From contig JBILHA010000001.1 of the NCBI GenBank assembly GCA_044350705.1, positions 244,242 to 308,241 on the forward strand: a stretch of DNA of 64,000 nucleotides. The letters are read 5' to 3'. Positions 17,901-28,746 of the stretch are shown piece after piece; within the stretch, counting starts at the first letter, position 1, and each line of letters opens with the position of its first letter. The notes under the pieces are model-generated. The model was not told the DNA's origin and searched no databases. It saw only the letters and a program-made list of their open reading frames with translations. A program made the translations under genes and the position numbers. The stretch comes from Candidatus Kapaibacterium sp. GTDB taxonomy: Bacteria > Patescibacteriota > Patescibacteriia > UBA9934.

Positions 17901-18827
17901 TTGTATGCTCCGAGTAATTCTATGGCTCATGTTACGTTGATTGCGGGCGAATTACGCCGAAATGCGGTGCGAGAGGCGGTTCACGGATTAGGTGAGGCCT
18001 TTCGTGATCGAGTAAAGATTGCGAAGAATATTTTTATTAAGCCCGATGTAGGGCACTATGAGTTGCAGCTTGCCGCAACCCATGTAGACGCACTCCGTGG
18101 GCTTCTCGATGTTTTGCGAGAGATTACCGATGCTCCTATTGTTATCGCTGATGCAGGTCATTATGGGACGCTTCCGGGTTTCCGCCATTTTGGCTATGAG
18201 CGTCTTTTGGGAGAGTATGCACATGTTACCCTTCGAGACTTACAAGAGGGCGAAACTGTTGAAGGAGAAATTCAAGGTGTGCATGGCCCTATTGTTGTTC
18301 GACGTGCAAAGGAGGCGCTTCAGGCGGATGTAACAATAAGCTTGGGCACGTTGAAGACGCATCGTCTCTATGGTGCATGTCTTTCTCTTGCGAATTGGGT
18401 AGAGGGAACGTGGATCGTTCCTCCTCGACAAACTATTTCTGGACGGGTTTTTACGCGTTCTCCCTGGCTTGCTGCTGATGGGGATCGGGGTGCGCATGAA
18501 ATTATCCGTCAGCTTTATGAGCAACATCCGGTTGACATTGCCGTATTAGATGGGTTTCTCGGGATGGAAGGGGACGGTCCTACAGATGGTACCGCCATTC
18601 ATGTGGGCGTTGCGATTGCAAGCATGGATGCGGTTGCAACGGATGCGATCGGTGCAACGCTTATGGGAATTGATCCTCGAGCGCTTGGATATCTTGATAG
18701 CCTTGCACAGGCGGGAAAGGGTATTATTGATATCGCAGATATGGATGTTCCTCTACAGCTCTTACGAGATCGAAGTCGTATGTTTCAATTACCGTTTGAG
18801 CAACGAGGATTGAGGAATGTTGGTTGA
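17901..18827 (+). CDS. DUF362-domain protein (function unknown)
   Basis: ...IFIKPDVGHYE... and overall resemblance to the DUF362 fold family. No cofactor motifs recognised. Confidence 0.45.
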   Translation: MYAPSNSMAHVTLIAGELRRNAVREAVHGLGEAFRDRVKIAKNIFIKPDVGHYELQLAATHVDALRGLLDVLREITDAPIVIADAGHYGTLPGFRHFGYERLLGEYAHVTLRDLQEGETVEGEIQGVHGPIVVRRAKEALQADVTISLGTLKTHRLYGACLSLANWVEGTWIVPPRQTISGRVFTRSPWLAADGDRGAHEIIRQLYEQHPVDIAVLDGFLGMEGDGPTDGTAIHVGVAIASMDAVATDAIGATLMGIDPRALGYLDSLAQAGKGIIDIADMDVPLQLLRDRSRMFQLPFEQRGLRNVG

Positions 18828-18912
18828 TGATGAACGTGAAGATTCCTCGGTCGACTTGGTCTCTCTCTCGGAATGACACTGAAAGTTTCCTTTATTCCCT
18901 TCCTTTTTTCTT

Positions 18913-19413
18913 ATGCCTACTCCTCTTTTTCCTGGTCGTTTTCAGCCGTTTCATCATGGGCATCTTTTAGTGATACAGGGCATGGTGAAAACGATGGGTG
19001 ATCCTGTTATTGTGATTTGTGATCCTGTAAAGCCCCAACCTGATGGCGATGATCTTTTTACGCTTGAAGAACGTCGAGAAATGATTTCTGCTGCGCTTCT
19101 TTCGGCAGATATCATGGATGCTACTATTGTGGTCGCGAAAGATGCGGGAAATGATGCGGATTGGGTAGAATATGTGCTTGATGCCGCAGAAAAAAAGAGT
19201 GATGTCGTGATGTGGTCTGGAAGAGAGGAGGTGCGCGCAGCGTTTGAGGCAAAGGGCATTGCTACAAAGAAAATCGTTCCTGTGCCGGGTATTGAGGGAG
19301 AAATGCTTCGTTCTCAAATGCGGGAAGGAAATGGAGAGTGGAGAAAGAAAGTACCTGCGGGAGCTCTCGATGTTATAGAAGAAGCACTTGTACGAAAGGG
19401 TATTTCTCAGTAA
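18913..19413 (+). CDS. nadM: Nicotinamide-nucleotide adenylyltransferase, archaeal/NadM-type (cytidylyltransferase fold)
   Basis: N-terminal (T/H)xGH nucleotidyltransferase motif PGRFQPFHHGHL and the expected ~165-aa size. Confidence 0.7.
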   Translation: MPTPLFPGRFQPFHHGHLLVIQGMVKTMGDPVIVICDPVKPQPDGDDLFTLEERREMISAALLSADIMDATIVVAKDAGNDADWVEYVLDAAEKKSDVVMWSGREEVRAAFEAKGIATKKIVPVPGIEGEMLRSQMREGNGEWRKKVPAGALDVIEEALVRKGISQ

Positions 19414-19430
19414 AAAGGTGATCCCTCCTT

Positions 19431-20504
19431 GTGGGATCTGTTATGCATCTTGTTCTCGTTCCGACCTACAATGAATATCAGAATATTCGGACTCTTCTTG
19501 ATGCATTATGTGTCATCCCTGATGTCCATGTTCTTGTTATTGACGACGCTTCACCGGACGGTACTGCTGAGGAAGTGAAATCACATGCGTTTTTTTTGGA
19601 GCGCGTTTTTTTATTAGAGCGAAAGGGGAAGGAGGGGTTGGGATCGGCCTATCGTGCGGGGTTTGCATGGGGGTTTGAGAAGGGGTATCACACACTTACG
19701 CAAATGGATGCAGACTTTTCTCATGATCCACAGGATCTCCCTCGGCTCCTGGCCGAGGTGATGGCAGGTGCTGATGTTGCTATTGGTTCGCGTAAGATTC
19801 CTGGAGGTGAAATTGTCGGATGGGGACCTTGGCGAACATTTTGTAGCTCTGGAGCGATGGGCGCTTCGCGATTATGCTTGGGACTGAAGACGCGTGATGT
19901 TACTGCGGGTTTTCGTACATGGAAGCGGAGTTTTGTTGAGCAGATTCCTGTACTGAGTCTGAAAAGTAATGGCTATGCTTTTCAAGAGGAGATGATTTTA
20001 GTGGCAGAGCTACGCGGTGCCCAGGTGAAAGAGGTGCCTGTCATTTTCCGTGACCGCATTCATGGGACCTCTAAGCTTGGTTTTAAAGATGTGCGCGAAT
20101 TTTTTTATACACTGAGCCGTCTTACGGCGATGCGAAGAAAGCGTTTTCTCGTGTATATCCTTATTGGCGGAGTTGGGGCGCTTATTGATTTGGGAGGATT
20201 TCTTTTTTTGCACCAGGTGGTAGGTCTTTTTCTTCTTCCTGCAAATATTATTGCTACGAGTATTGCCGTCATTCACAATTTTCTTTTTCATCACTATGTC
20301 ACTTTTAAGGAGCATGAGCAGGTGGCATCGGTTGCTTTTGCGCGTTTTGTCGGCGTATCTCTTGTGGGCATTGCCTTAAACTCAATTATTGTTTTGGCGG
20401 GAGTAGGTTCTGGAATGCTTCCTGCGTTTGCTAAAGTCCTGGCTATCGTTTGCGTCACTCTGTGGAATTACCTTATGAATGCACGAGTTACTTTTAAAGT
20501 ATGA
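19431..20504 (+). CDS. Family-2 glycosyltransferase (dolichyl/polyprenyl-phosphate mannosyl/glucosyl-transferase-like) fused to a C-terminal GtrA-like membrane domain
   Basis: GT2 motifs (LVPTYNE…VIDDASPDGT…DAD) and a four-TM GtrA-like C-terminus. Confidence 0.75.
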   Translation: MGSVMHLVLVPTYNEYQNIRTLLDALCVIPDVHVLVIDDASPDGTAEEVKSHAFFLERVFLLERKGKEGLGSAYRAGFAWGFEKGYHTLTQMDADFSHDPQDLPRLLAEVMAGADVAIGSRKIPGGEIVGWGPWRTFCSSGAMGASRLCLGLKTRDVTAGFRTWKRSFVEQIPVLSLKSNGYAFQEEMILVAELRGAQVKEVPVIFRDRIHGTSKLGFKDVREFFYTLSRLTAMRRKRFLVYILIGGVGALIDLGGFLFLHQVVGLFLLPANIIATSIAVIHNFLFHHYVTFKEHEQVASVAFARFVGVSLVGIALNSIIVLAGVGSGMLPAFAKVLAIVCVTLWNYLMNARVTFKV

Positions 20505-21838
20505 AGGAAAAGCAGGCGTGGAGAGATCGCATCTTGTATATTTTTGGAGTGGTGATCGCTGTTCTCTTTTTTGCTTTTCAAGTCCACCAGCTTCTCTCCT
20601 TTAATCCGTATTGGGGATATGACGGAGGCGCGCATGTCCATATTCTTGAGACCCTTCTTTTCGAGCGTCGCATCCCTTCTCTTGAAGAAAATTATCTTGC
20701 GTGGCATGAGCCATTTTACTATCTCGTCCTCGTAGGCTTTGGATTTCTTTCTGTACCTTTTTGGGTATCGCATTTGCTCATTGTTGCCGCGCTTGATGTA
20801 TTGGTATTTACGTTGTGGAGACGCATGGGGTTTTCTGCAGGTTATGCATTAGCTGGTGCTCTTGCGACACTTGGTCTTCCTGCCTTTTTGGAAGTCGGTA
20901 TGTTCTTTACCAATGAGGCGCTTAACTATGTTTTTGTCCTTGCGATCATCCATTTGGCCCTGACGATGTGGAGAGAAGAAAAATGGTCATGGAAATCTGC
21001 AGTTCTTCTAGCGCTGTGCGTGGGGCTGGGAGTGGTAACAAAGATAACGGCATTGGTTGCATTTGGGGTGACGGTTATTCTTTTGATAATAAAGATGATA
21101 CGGATAAGAAAGAAGAAGGCAGAAGTACTGAAATATACGGGAACCGTTCTCTTCACCATTGCGTTTGCAGTGCTTTGCTATATACCCTGGTATGTTGTGC
21201 GCAGCAATGGCCTTTCTCAGGCGTCTATCAACAATTACGACATGCTTCCGGCAAAGCCCTTGATGCTTGATGAGCGTGTGCAGTTCATGACTACTTTTGA
21301 TGCGAACATCTTCCTATTTCCTTTTTGGTATGCAGGGGGAGCGGGATTTTGGAGCATGTTATATGCCGATACGGTGAGCGATTATTTAGGAATTTTTGAA
21401 AATCAAGATCGAAAGAATGCATTGCCAGAAGAAGATCGAGTACTTACGACGCATAATGGAAATTTTGTGAGTGCGTATCGAAAACCACTGGCAACATGGG
21501 CTTTGCGATTAGGATTTATCCCGGTAGGAATCATGATTGTGGGTGTAATTTATGCCTTTGCGCAGCTGATCAAAGAAAAAGGCAAGGCATTTTCTGATGC
21601 TCTGCCCGTGCTTGGATTCTTTTCGGCATTTCTTTTAGCGCTCATGTATTACGCGTATCGCTATCCGTATTACGATCAAGGGGTGGTGAAGTCGATTTTT
21701 ATCGCTCCTGCATTTGTTCTTCCGCTTGCGATGGGTATGCGGGGTATCACGAAGCTCCCTTGGGGGGTGCAGGGAATGCTTTTTGTGGGATGGGGAGCGT
21801 ATATCGTTGTGGTGTTAATGCTCTTTTTTATCAATTAG
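20501..21838 (+). CDS. Polytopic membrane protein, likely glycosyltransferase of the PMT/ArnT (GT-C) type
   Basis: About 12 TM helices. Translationally coupled to the upstream polyprenyl-phosphate GT2 gene. No catalytic motif firmly recognised. Confidence 0.4.
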   Translation: MKEKQAWRDRILYIFGVVIAVLFFAFQVHQLLSFNPYWGYDGGAHVHILETLLFERRIPSLEENYLAWHEPFYYLVLVGFGFLSVPFWVSHLLIVAALDVLVFTLWRRMGFSAGYALAGALATLGLPAFLEVGMFFTNEALNYVFVLAIIHLALTMWREEKWSWKSAVLLALCVGLGVVTKITALVAFGVTVILLIIKMIRIRKKKAEVLKYTGTVLFTIAFAVLCYIPWYVVRSNGLSQASINNYDMLPAKPLMLDERVQFMTTFDANIFLFPFWYAGGAGFWSMLYADTVSDYLGIFENQDRKNALPEEDRVLTTHNGNFVSAYRKPLATWALRLGFIPVGIMIVGVIYAFAQLIKEKGKAFSDALPVLGFFSAFLLALMYYAYRYPYYDQGVVKSIFIAPAFVLPLAMGMRGITKLPWGVQGMLFVGWGAYIVVVLMLFFIN

Positions 21839-21843
21839 AAGTT

Positions 21844-22062
21844 TTACAACGATTTTTCTTCAAATAATGCTTCAACAGGAATACTGAAATAGTCAGCGAT
21901 TTTTAATACCGTTGTGATGCCGGGTTCAGAAATGTTTTTTTCAATCGCGCTGAGTGCTTGTCGTGACACACCTATGGCGTCCGCAAGTTCTTGAAGAGTG
22001 ATGCCATGATCATCACGAACTTCTGCAAGAGTGCAGAGATATACTTTTTCTGTCATAGACAT
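21844..22062 (-). CDS. XRE-family (Cro/cI-type HTH) transcriptional regulator
   Basis: HTH_3 signature ...ITLQELADAIGVSRQALSAIEKN...; 72 aa. Confidence 0.8.
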   Translation of the reverse strand: MSMTEKVYLCTLAEVRDDHGITLQELADAIGVSRQALSAIEKNISEPGITTVLKIADYFSIPVEALFEEKSL

Positions 22063-22151
22063 TGAGATGTCGGTTTAAGAGAAAAGGGAGGCATGATTGT
22101 GGAGAGGATTTTGGGTAATGGCGGGTTATTTATTTTAGTGTGAAAAACATG

Positions 22152-22232
22152 ACGTAAGTATACTTTACATTTTGCATTTCACGACGCAATAAACATTGGC
22201 GTTTTTAAAATGCATGTAAAGTATACTTACGT
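22152..22232. promoter_or_regulatory. Perfect 19-bp inverted repeat pair (ACGTAAGTATACTTTACAT / ATGTAAAGTATACTTACGT) separated by 43 nt; candidate operator upstream of the XRE regulator
   Basis: Read directly from the sequence. Lies between the XRE start (22062, minus strand) and the stop of the upstream minus-strand gene (22284). Confidence 0.5.
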
Positions 22233-22283
22233 TAGTTTTTTGACATAAAAAAGAAGAAGCATTTTCGTGCTTCCTCTCATTTC

Positions 22284-24005
22284 TCACCTCCTTCTTAGGA
22301 GAATCTTCCATTCATTATCTTCATGTGCCACCTCCCAATCTTGTAAACTGATCACTTCTTCTTTAAATCTCAATTCTCTACTTTCAGCACCGTTTGGCCA
22401 GGTATCTTCTTCGTAAAAGAAGGGGTAGTAGGTGTTTCCTTCCTCGTCTCTTGCCTTAAAGAGCAATAGCGCATCTATTCCTCTTTCATCAAAAGCTTGT
22501 GTTACTTTTGTTGCAGAAGAGAGTTCTGAAATACTTTTTATGTTATTCAAGCGCGTTTGCCAGTGTGCAGCAGGGTGGCTGAAGTGCGGATTCCATGCTA
22601 AGTAGTGGGTGAGTGGGAGTATGCCATTTATATCCTGGAGTCCACTCATCAACCATGTCCGTTCTTTATAATCAGGAACAAAAACTCTGATATTTTCTGC
22701 AACGAATGCGCTGGTCTTCTTTATCTTGTTTTGTTCGAGTTGAGCTTGAATTTTTATATCTTCTAAAAAGATTCCCTGAGGAAAGAGAGGTGCAGTGAGC
22801 AGTATTCCTGCTGCGAACATGCGTTGTACCGTTTTGGGATGGGTGACTTGTTTTTTCTCGACCATTTCTGCTATCCATTCAACTGCCGGCAAAAAGAGTG
22901 TCACGGTTCCGAGAAAAAGAAACGGTTTGCTCAGCATTACTGATTTTCCTCCCGTTGCAAGTACGGTCATTTGCACGATGTGCCAGAGAAGAATACTCCC
23001 TCCCAACGCAAGGCTTGCCTTTTGTGCCGACGTAAGTTCTTCTTTTCTGAAGAAAGAAAAAAGGCTCGCAATGATGAGGATCCCGGCGGGAGTAAAGGCC
23101 ATCCAGGGTGCGTAAATATTGATATCCGTGTGATAGAAATACACGGCTTGGAAATTTTCTTGTCCGAGCGTGATGAGATCATGAAGGTAGGGAAGAAGGA
23201 AAGGGGACGAGATGAGGGTAACGATGATACCGATTGAGACAAAGGAGAGAGCGTTTTCTTTCAATGAGCTTCCTGTCAGACGGAGCCATATGATCAGCCC
23301 TATCATTGCAGGGATGAGCAGGACGAACCAGAAATAGTAGAGAAGGAAGATGATCCCTCCCGTCATGCCAAGTATGATTCTGAGACGATGAGTAGGGGAT
23401 TGAAGGAGTTTATAGAATCCCCAGAGCCAGAGGACGCTTAACAGTGCTGCTGCAACCTCATAGGGTTTTAAGAGCAGGGATTCTGTATTCATGCATAGGA
23501 GCGTAGCGACTGAAAGAAAGAGTGCGGTTTTTTGTTCGTTTTGAGGCCATCGACACCATTTTGCAAAAAATACCGAGATCAGCGGAAGCGACGCGTAGGT
23601 AATCATTGTTCCCCATTGCGCTGCAGAAATGCCGTCCCAATTAAAGAGGCGGCCAAGGGTTCCGAAAATCCAGAAGTAGAGCGGGGGATAAAAAACGGAA
23701 AGACCTTCATAGAAGAAATCGCTGAATGGCTGTCCGGCGATAACGCGTTCCATGAATGCGATTTGAAACGTTTCATCGCCTTGGTTTCCCCAGAGAAGGG
23801 TATGTCCTGGAAGGAGAATGATTGCAGCTCCCAGTGACCAGACTAGCCCTATCGCGAGCGCCCAAAAAGAGAGTGCAATTTTCTTTTTATAAAGTGCAAG
23901 AAAGAGCAGAATACCTGTTCCTAAGAAAAGAAGCATGCGTGCAATGGCGATATGTTGAAGAAGATCTGCGGATAACATAAGTGTTCGCTTTTTGTTTGGT
24001 AGCAT
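22284..24005 (-). CDS. Large polytopic membrane protein (possible GT-C-type glycosyl/arabinosyl-transferase)
   Basis: About 13 TM helices plus a soluble C-terminal domain. No firm motif. Confidence 0.3.
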   Translation of the reverse strand: MLPNKKRTLMLSADLLQHIAIARMLLFLGTGILLFLALYKKKIALSFWALAIGLVWSLGAAIILLPGHTLLWGNQGDETFQIAFMERVIAGQPFSDFFYEGLSVFYPPLYFWIFGTLGRLFNWDGISAAQWGTMITYASLPLISVFFAKWCRWPQNEQKTALFLSVATLLCMNTESLLLKPYEVAAALLSVLWLWGFYKLLQSPTHRLRIILGMTGGIIFLLYYFWFVLLIPAMIGLIIWLRLTGSSLKENALSFVSIGIIVTLISSPFLLPYLHDLITLGQENFQAVYFYHTDINIYAPWMAFTPAGILIIASLFSFFRKEELTSAQKASLALGGSILLWHIVQMTVLATGGKSVMLSKPFLFLGTVTLFLPAVEWIAEMVEKKQVTHPKTVQRMFAAGILLTAPLFPQGIFLEDIKIQAQLEQNKIKKTSAFVAENIRVFVPDYKERTWLMSGLQDINGILPLTHYLAWNPHFSHPAAHWQTRLNNIKSISELSSATKVTQAFDERGIDALLLFKARDEEGNTYYPFFYEEDTWPNGAESRELRFKEEVISLQDWEVAHEDNEWKILLRRR

Positions 24006-24091
24006 GATAGTATTGTTGTATTCCCGTATAGAGCGGGTATATACCCCCTAAGAAGGCCATCCTTCTTGGGACGTTTTTGCTGATTAGCCTT

Positions 24092-26155
24092 ATGTCTTCA
24101 TTTGAACTGCAGTCATCATACAAGCCCGCAGGCGATCAGCCAAAAGCGATTCAGGGTTTGGTTGAGGGTCTTCAAAAGAAAGAGCGTTTTCAAACGCTGC
24201 TTGGTGTTACGGGATCTGGAAAGACCTTTACGATGGCAAATGTTATTCAAGAGGTGCAACGCCCAACGCTTGTTATTGCACATAATAAGACGCTTGCCGC
24301 GCAGCTCTGTAATGAGTTTCGTGAATTCTTTCCAAATAACACCGTAGAATATTTCGTTTCGTACTACGACTATTATCAGCCAGAGGCGTATATGCCTCGT
24401 ACCGATACGTACATTGAAAAAGAGGCAACGATTAATGACGAGATTGATCGTTTGCGCCATGCGGCTACACAGGCGCTTCTTTCGCGTCGAGATGTCATTA
24501 TTGTTGCGTCGGTTTCTTGTTTATATAGCTTAGGTTCCCCTGAAGCGTATCAGCGTGAAGTTATTTATCTTCGTGTCGGGGATGGGCAGTCTCGAGAAGA
24601 TATTCTTCGTCGTATGATTGATCTTCATTTTGAACGCACTTCTGCGGATGTTTTCCGAGGCCAACTTCGCGTGCGAGGAGATGTTTTAGAATTCATGCCT
24701 GCAAACGAAGAAATGCTGTATCGGGTAGTTTTTGGTCCTCTCGGAGCAGAAGAAATTTTTCAGCTTGATCCTATTACTCGGTCAATGAAGAAAACGATGA
24801 AAGACGTATGGGTATTTCCGGCCAAGCACTTCATGTCCTCAAGTGATGAACGTGAACGCGCGCTCAAGTCTATTGAATTTGAACTTGAAGAGCGATTAAA
24901 AGAACTTGATAAAGAAGGGAAGATTTTAGAATATGAGCGATTACAGCGTCGGACGAAATACGATCTTGAAATGATTCGCAATATTGGTTTTTGTTCTGGG
25001 ATTGAAAACTATTCTCGTCATTTTGACGGACGCTCGCCAGGTGAGCCTGCATACACACTCCTTTCCTATTTCCCTAAGGATTTCTTAACGATTATTGATG
25101 AAAGCCATGTGACCATTCCTCAAATTGGAGGGATGTATGCAGGAGATCAGGCACGTAAACAAACGTTGATTGATCATGGATTCCGTTTGCCTTCCGCGAA
25201 AGATAATCGTCCGCTCACGTTTGATGAATTTATGGGAACTGTCGGGCAAACCGTGTTTGTTTCTGCGACGCCTGGTCCTTTTGAGAAACAGCATTCTGAT
25301 CGAGTTGTAGAGCAGATTATTCGTCCTACGGGTCTTATTGATCCTGAAACGCTGGTGCTTCCGGTTACCGCTACTGATGAAGGTCCAGATGGAAAGCCTT
25401 TTGACGGCCAGGTTCCCGACATTATTCGTCGTGTCAGAGAACGTATTGCACAAGGTGAGCGCGCACTGATCACTACTCTTACGAAAAAGATGTCTGAAGA
25501 TCTGGCAGAATATCTTAAGCAAGAAGGGGTGAAGGTTGCGTATCTGCACTCAGATGTGGAAACACTCGATCGCATCGCCATTCTTACCGACCTTCGTAAG
25601 GGCGTCTACGACGTAGTAGTTGGTGTCAACTTGTTGCGTGAAGGTCTCGACCTTCCCGAAGTTTCTCTTATTGGTATTTTGGATGCAGATAAAGAGGGAT
25701 TCCTTCGTTCTGAAACGTCGCTTATCCAGACGATTGGTCGTGCAGCGCGCCATCTTCATGGACTTGTTGTGCTTTATGCAGACAATATGACGGGTTCACT
25801 TGAACGCGCCCTTCAGGAAACTGCGCGTCGTCGTGCGATTCAAATTGCGCATAACCAGGAGCACGGTATCACTCCGCAATCAGTGAAAAAGAATATTTCT
25901 GATATTCGTGTCATGCTCGGAGATGATGCGGATCGTACCGAGGAGATTAAGAAAGTGCTTGATATTGAGCTCACTGCTTCTCCCAAAGAACTTGCTGAAG
26001 TCATTAAGGAAAAGAAAGTGGAGATGGAAAAGGCAGCAGAGCTCCTCATGTTCGAGACTGCGGCGATTTTGCGCGATGAAATTAAAGTGCTTGAGGTTGA
26101 ATTGGCGGCAAAGAAATTAGTGAAGGCTGATAAAGTTAAAAAGCGTAAGAAATAA
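24092..26155 (+). CDS. uvrB: Excinuclease ABC subunit B (UvrB)
   Basis: N-terminus [13 protein letters not shown], Walker [11 protein letters not shown], helicase motifs, C-terminal UvrB/UvrC interaction coiled coil. Confidence 0.9.
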   Translation: MSSFELQSSYKPAGDQPKAIQGLVEGLQKKERFQTLLGVTGSGKTFTMANVIQEVQRPTLVIAHNKTLAAQLCNEFREFFPNNTVEYFVSYYDYYQPEAYMPRTDTYIEKEATINDEIDRLRHAATQALLSRRDVIIVASVSCLYSLGSPEAYQREVIYLRVGDGQSREDILRRMIDLHFERTSADVFRGQLRVRGDVLEFMPANEEMLYRVVFGPLGAEEIFQLDPITRSMKKTMKDVWVFPAKHFMSSSDERERALKSIEFELEERLKELDKEGKILEYERLQRRTKYDLEMIRNIGFCSGIENYSRHFDGRSPGEPAYTLLSYFPKDFLTIIDESHVTIPQIGGMYAGDQARKQTLIDHGFRLPSAKDNRPLTFDEFMGTVGQTVFVSATPGPFEKQHSDRVVEQIIRPTGLIDPETLVLPVTATDEGPDGKPFDGQVPDIIRRVRERIAQGERALITTLTKKMSEDLAEYLKQEGVKVAYLHSDVETLDRIAILTDLRKGVYDVVVGVNLLREGLDLPEVSLIGILDADKEGFLRSETSLIQTIGRAARHLHGLVVLYADNMTGSLERALQETARRRAIQIAHNQEHGITPQSVKKNISDIRVMLGDDADRTEEIKKVLDIELTASPKELAEVIKEKKVEMEKAAELLMFETAAILRDEIKVLEVELAAKKLVKADKVKKRKK

Positions 26156-26156
26156 T

Positions 26157-28736
26157 ATGCGGGATGAAATTGTTATCAAAGGTGCTCGTGAGCACAATCT
26201 CAAAAATATTTCCCTTTCCATTCCTCGAAATAAGCTCGTATGTTTTACGGGACTTTCAGGAAGTGGAAAATCATCGCTTGCGTTCGATACGATTTTCGCG
26301 GAGGGGCAGCGACGTTACGTAGAATCTTTGTCGGCTTATGCGCGACAGTTTTTGGGGAACATGCAAAAGCCTGATGTCGATGAGATTGAAGGTCTTTCTC
26401 CTGCGATTTCTATTGATCAAAAGGCACATGGTCGTAACCCACGTTCCACCATTGCTACGATTACAGAAATTTACGACTACCTCCGTGTGCTTTATGCGCG
26501 TATTGGAAAGCCGCACTGTCCGATTTGTGGGAAGCCTATTGAACGTTTGTCAGTTGATGAGATGGTTGATGTCGTGATGCGGGGATTGAAAGAGGGGAGT
26601 AATCCGGCGAGTAGCCGGACGGGAGGGAGTGAAGGGAGTGGGGGGAGTGGAAGACTCCGACGAAAGGAGGAGTCTCAAGGGAGAGGTGAAGAGGTTTTGG
26701 TTCTTGCGCCGGTTGTTCGAGGAAGAAAGGGGGAGTATTACCAGTTGCTTTATGATTTGTATAATGCGGGGTATGCAAAGGTGCGGGTTGATGGAGAAAT
26801 GCATCGCTTGAGTGAGAAGATTGAGCTCTCTCGTTACAAGCAGCACACGATTGAAGTGGTGATTGATACCATTCCTGTGGTGTTGTTGTCTTCAAAAGAT
26901 GGTCGTCAGCGTTTGGCTGATGCGCTTGAGCAGGCAATTGCGAAAGGAGAGGGAGTTGCACAGGTGGTGACGCCGTACGAAGATCGGACGCTTTCTTCAA
27001 AATTTAGTTGTGCGGATGATGGATTCTCTTTCCCAGAAATTGAACCTCGTTTGTTCTCTTTTAATAGTCCGTATGGGGCATGCCCTGCGTGTTCTGGGTT
27101 GGGAACGGTAGATTTATTCTCCGACAAGCCGTGTGAGGTGTGCCATGGAGATCGCTTACGCAAAGAGGCGTTGCATGTTTTGATTGAAGGGAAGTCCATT
27201 GTTGATGTGGTGAGGTTTTCTGTTGATGAAGCGGTACATTTTTTCTTGTCGATTGAGCTTTCTGACCGCGATAAAGAGATTGCGGCAACGATTCTTAAAG
27301 AAGTAGAAAATCGTCTTGGCTTCATGCTTGATGTAGGTCTTCATTATCTAACGCTCAATCGAACTGCGGGAACCTTGTCTGGAGGTGAGGCGCAGCGTAT
27401 TCGTTTGGCATCTCAGATTGGCTCACATCTTGTAGGAGCGATGTATGTACTTGATGAACCAACGATTGGATTGCATCAGCGAGATAACGAAAAGCTTATT
27501 CGTACGCTTGAAGAGCTTCGTGATCTTGGCAATACGGTTCTTGTGGTTGAGCATGATGAGGATACGATTCGTCGTTCTGATTACATGGTAGAGATTGGTC
27601 CTGGCGCGGGTATTCATGGTGGACATGTTGTGGCGGCAGGAACAACGCCTGAAGTGTTTAAAGATAAAAATTCTCGGACGGGGGCATATCTTCGAGGAGA
27701 TGTAGAAATTGAGGTTCCCAAAGAACGTCGGAATCGCGATGCGGGAGCGATAAAAGTAAAAGGTGCTACGGGAAATAACCTCAAGAATGTTGATGTTGAT
27801 TTTCCGCTGAAGAAATTTGTGTGTGTTACCGGGGTTTCGGGAAGTGGAAAGTCGACGCTTGCGCATGACACGATGTATGTAGCGGTTGCGAAAAAGCTGT
27901 ATGGCAGTTCTGAACAACCTGCGCCGCATCAGGCTATTCTTGGTATTGAATATATTGATAAAGCGATTCTTATCGATCAGTCAGCTATTGGTCGAACGCC
28001 TCGTTCTAATCCTGCTACCTATACGGGTGCATGGGGTCCGATTCGCGAACTCTTTACGCAAACGGAAGAAGCGCGTGTACGCGGTTATAAACCAGGACGT
28101 TTTAGCTTTAACGTTGCGGGAGGTCGTTGTGAACACTGTGAGGGGCATGGCGTGATTGCGATCGAGATGCATTTTTTGCCGACCGTGTATGTAACGTGTG
28201 AGGTATGTAAAGGTAAGCGCTTTAATCGTGAAACCCTTGAGGTGACCTTCAAAGAGAAAAATATTTCTCAGGTGCTTGACATGACGATTGAAGAGGCTGC
28301 TGAATTTTTTGTAGACATTCCTGAAATTCATGTAAAGCTCAGGGCGCTGAATGAGGTAGGATTGGCGTATATTACGTTAGGACAAAGTGCGACAACTCTC
28401 TCGGGAGGTGAGGCGCAGCGTGTAAAACTTGCTTCCGAGCTTTCCAAGCGTCAGACGGGAAAGACGCTGTATCTCCTTGATGAACCTACTACCGGTTTGC
28501 ATTTTGATGATGTGAAGAAACTTTTGGAAGTGCTCCATCGTTTAGTTGATAAGGGAAATTCAATGGTGATCATTGAGCATAACTTAGACGTGATTAAAAC
28601 TGCTGACTGGATTATTGATATGGGTCCCGAAGGAGGAACAGAGGGCGGGACAGTAGTAGTTACCGGTACTCCTGAAGATGTTGCGCGTCATGCGAAGAGT
28701 CATACAGGTCAATATCTCAGAAAATATTTGAAATAG
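26157..28736 (+). CDS. uvrA: Excinuclease ABC subunit A (UvrA), short form with an in-frame G/S-rich insertion
   Basis: Two ABC modules ([14 protein letters not shown] / [14 protein letters not shown]), two LSGGE signatures and zinc-finger cysteines. About 35-aa insertion [31 protein letters not shown] where E. coli UvrA has about 8 aa. Confidence 0.9.
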   Translation: MRDEIVIKGAREHNLKNISLSIPRNKLVCFTGLSGSGKSSLAFDTIFAEGQRRYVESLSAYARQFLGNMQKPDVDEIEGLSPAISIDQKAHGRNPRSTIATITEIYDYLRVLYARIGKPHCPICGKPIERLSVDEMVDVVMRGLKEGSNPASSRTGGSEGSGGSGRLRRKEESQGRGEEVLVLAPVVRGRKGEYYQLLYDLYNAGYAKVRVDGEMHRLSEKIELSRYKQHTIEVVIDTIPVVLLSSKDGRQRLADALEQAIAKGEGVAQVVTPYEDRTLSSKFSCADDGFSFPEIEPRLFSFNSPYGACPACSGLGTVDLFSDKPCEVCHGDRLRKEALHVLIEGKSIVDVVRFSVDEAVHFFLSIELSDRDKEIAATILKEVENRLGFMLDVGLHYLTLNRTAGTLSGGEAQRIRLASQIGSHLVGAMYVLDEPTIGLHQRDNEKLIRTLEELRDLGNTVLVVEHDEDTIRRSDYMVEIGPGAGIHGGHVVAAGTTPEVFKDKNSRTGAYLRGDVEIEVPKERRNRDAGAIKVKGATGNNLKNVDVDFPLKKFVCVTGVSGSGKSTLAHDTMYVAVAKKLYGSSEQPAPHQAILGIEYIDKAILIDQSAIGRTPRSNPATYTGAWGPIRELFTQTEEARVRGYKPGRFSFNVAGGRCEHCEGHGVIAIEMHFLPTVYVTCEVCKGKRFNRETLEVTFKEKNISQVLDMTIEEAAEFFVDIPEIHVKLRALNEVGLAYITLGQSATTLSGGEAQRVKLASELSKRQTGKTLYLLDEPTTGLHFDDVKKLLEVLHRLVDKGNSMVIIEHNLDVIKTADWIIDMGPEGGTEGGTVVVTGTPEDVARHAKSHTGQYLRKYLK

Positions 28737-28746
28737 GGATGGAGCT

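Noticed and set aside
26536-27325. Minus-strand ORFs antisense to uvrA (26536-27000, 26550-26846, 26906-27325)
   Set aside because: They are antisense to a well-supported UvrA reading frame. Their Pro/Ser/His-rich low-complexity translations are products of the G-rich repeat read backwards.
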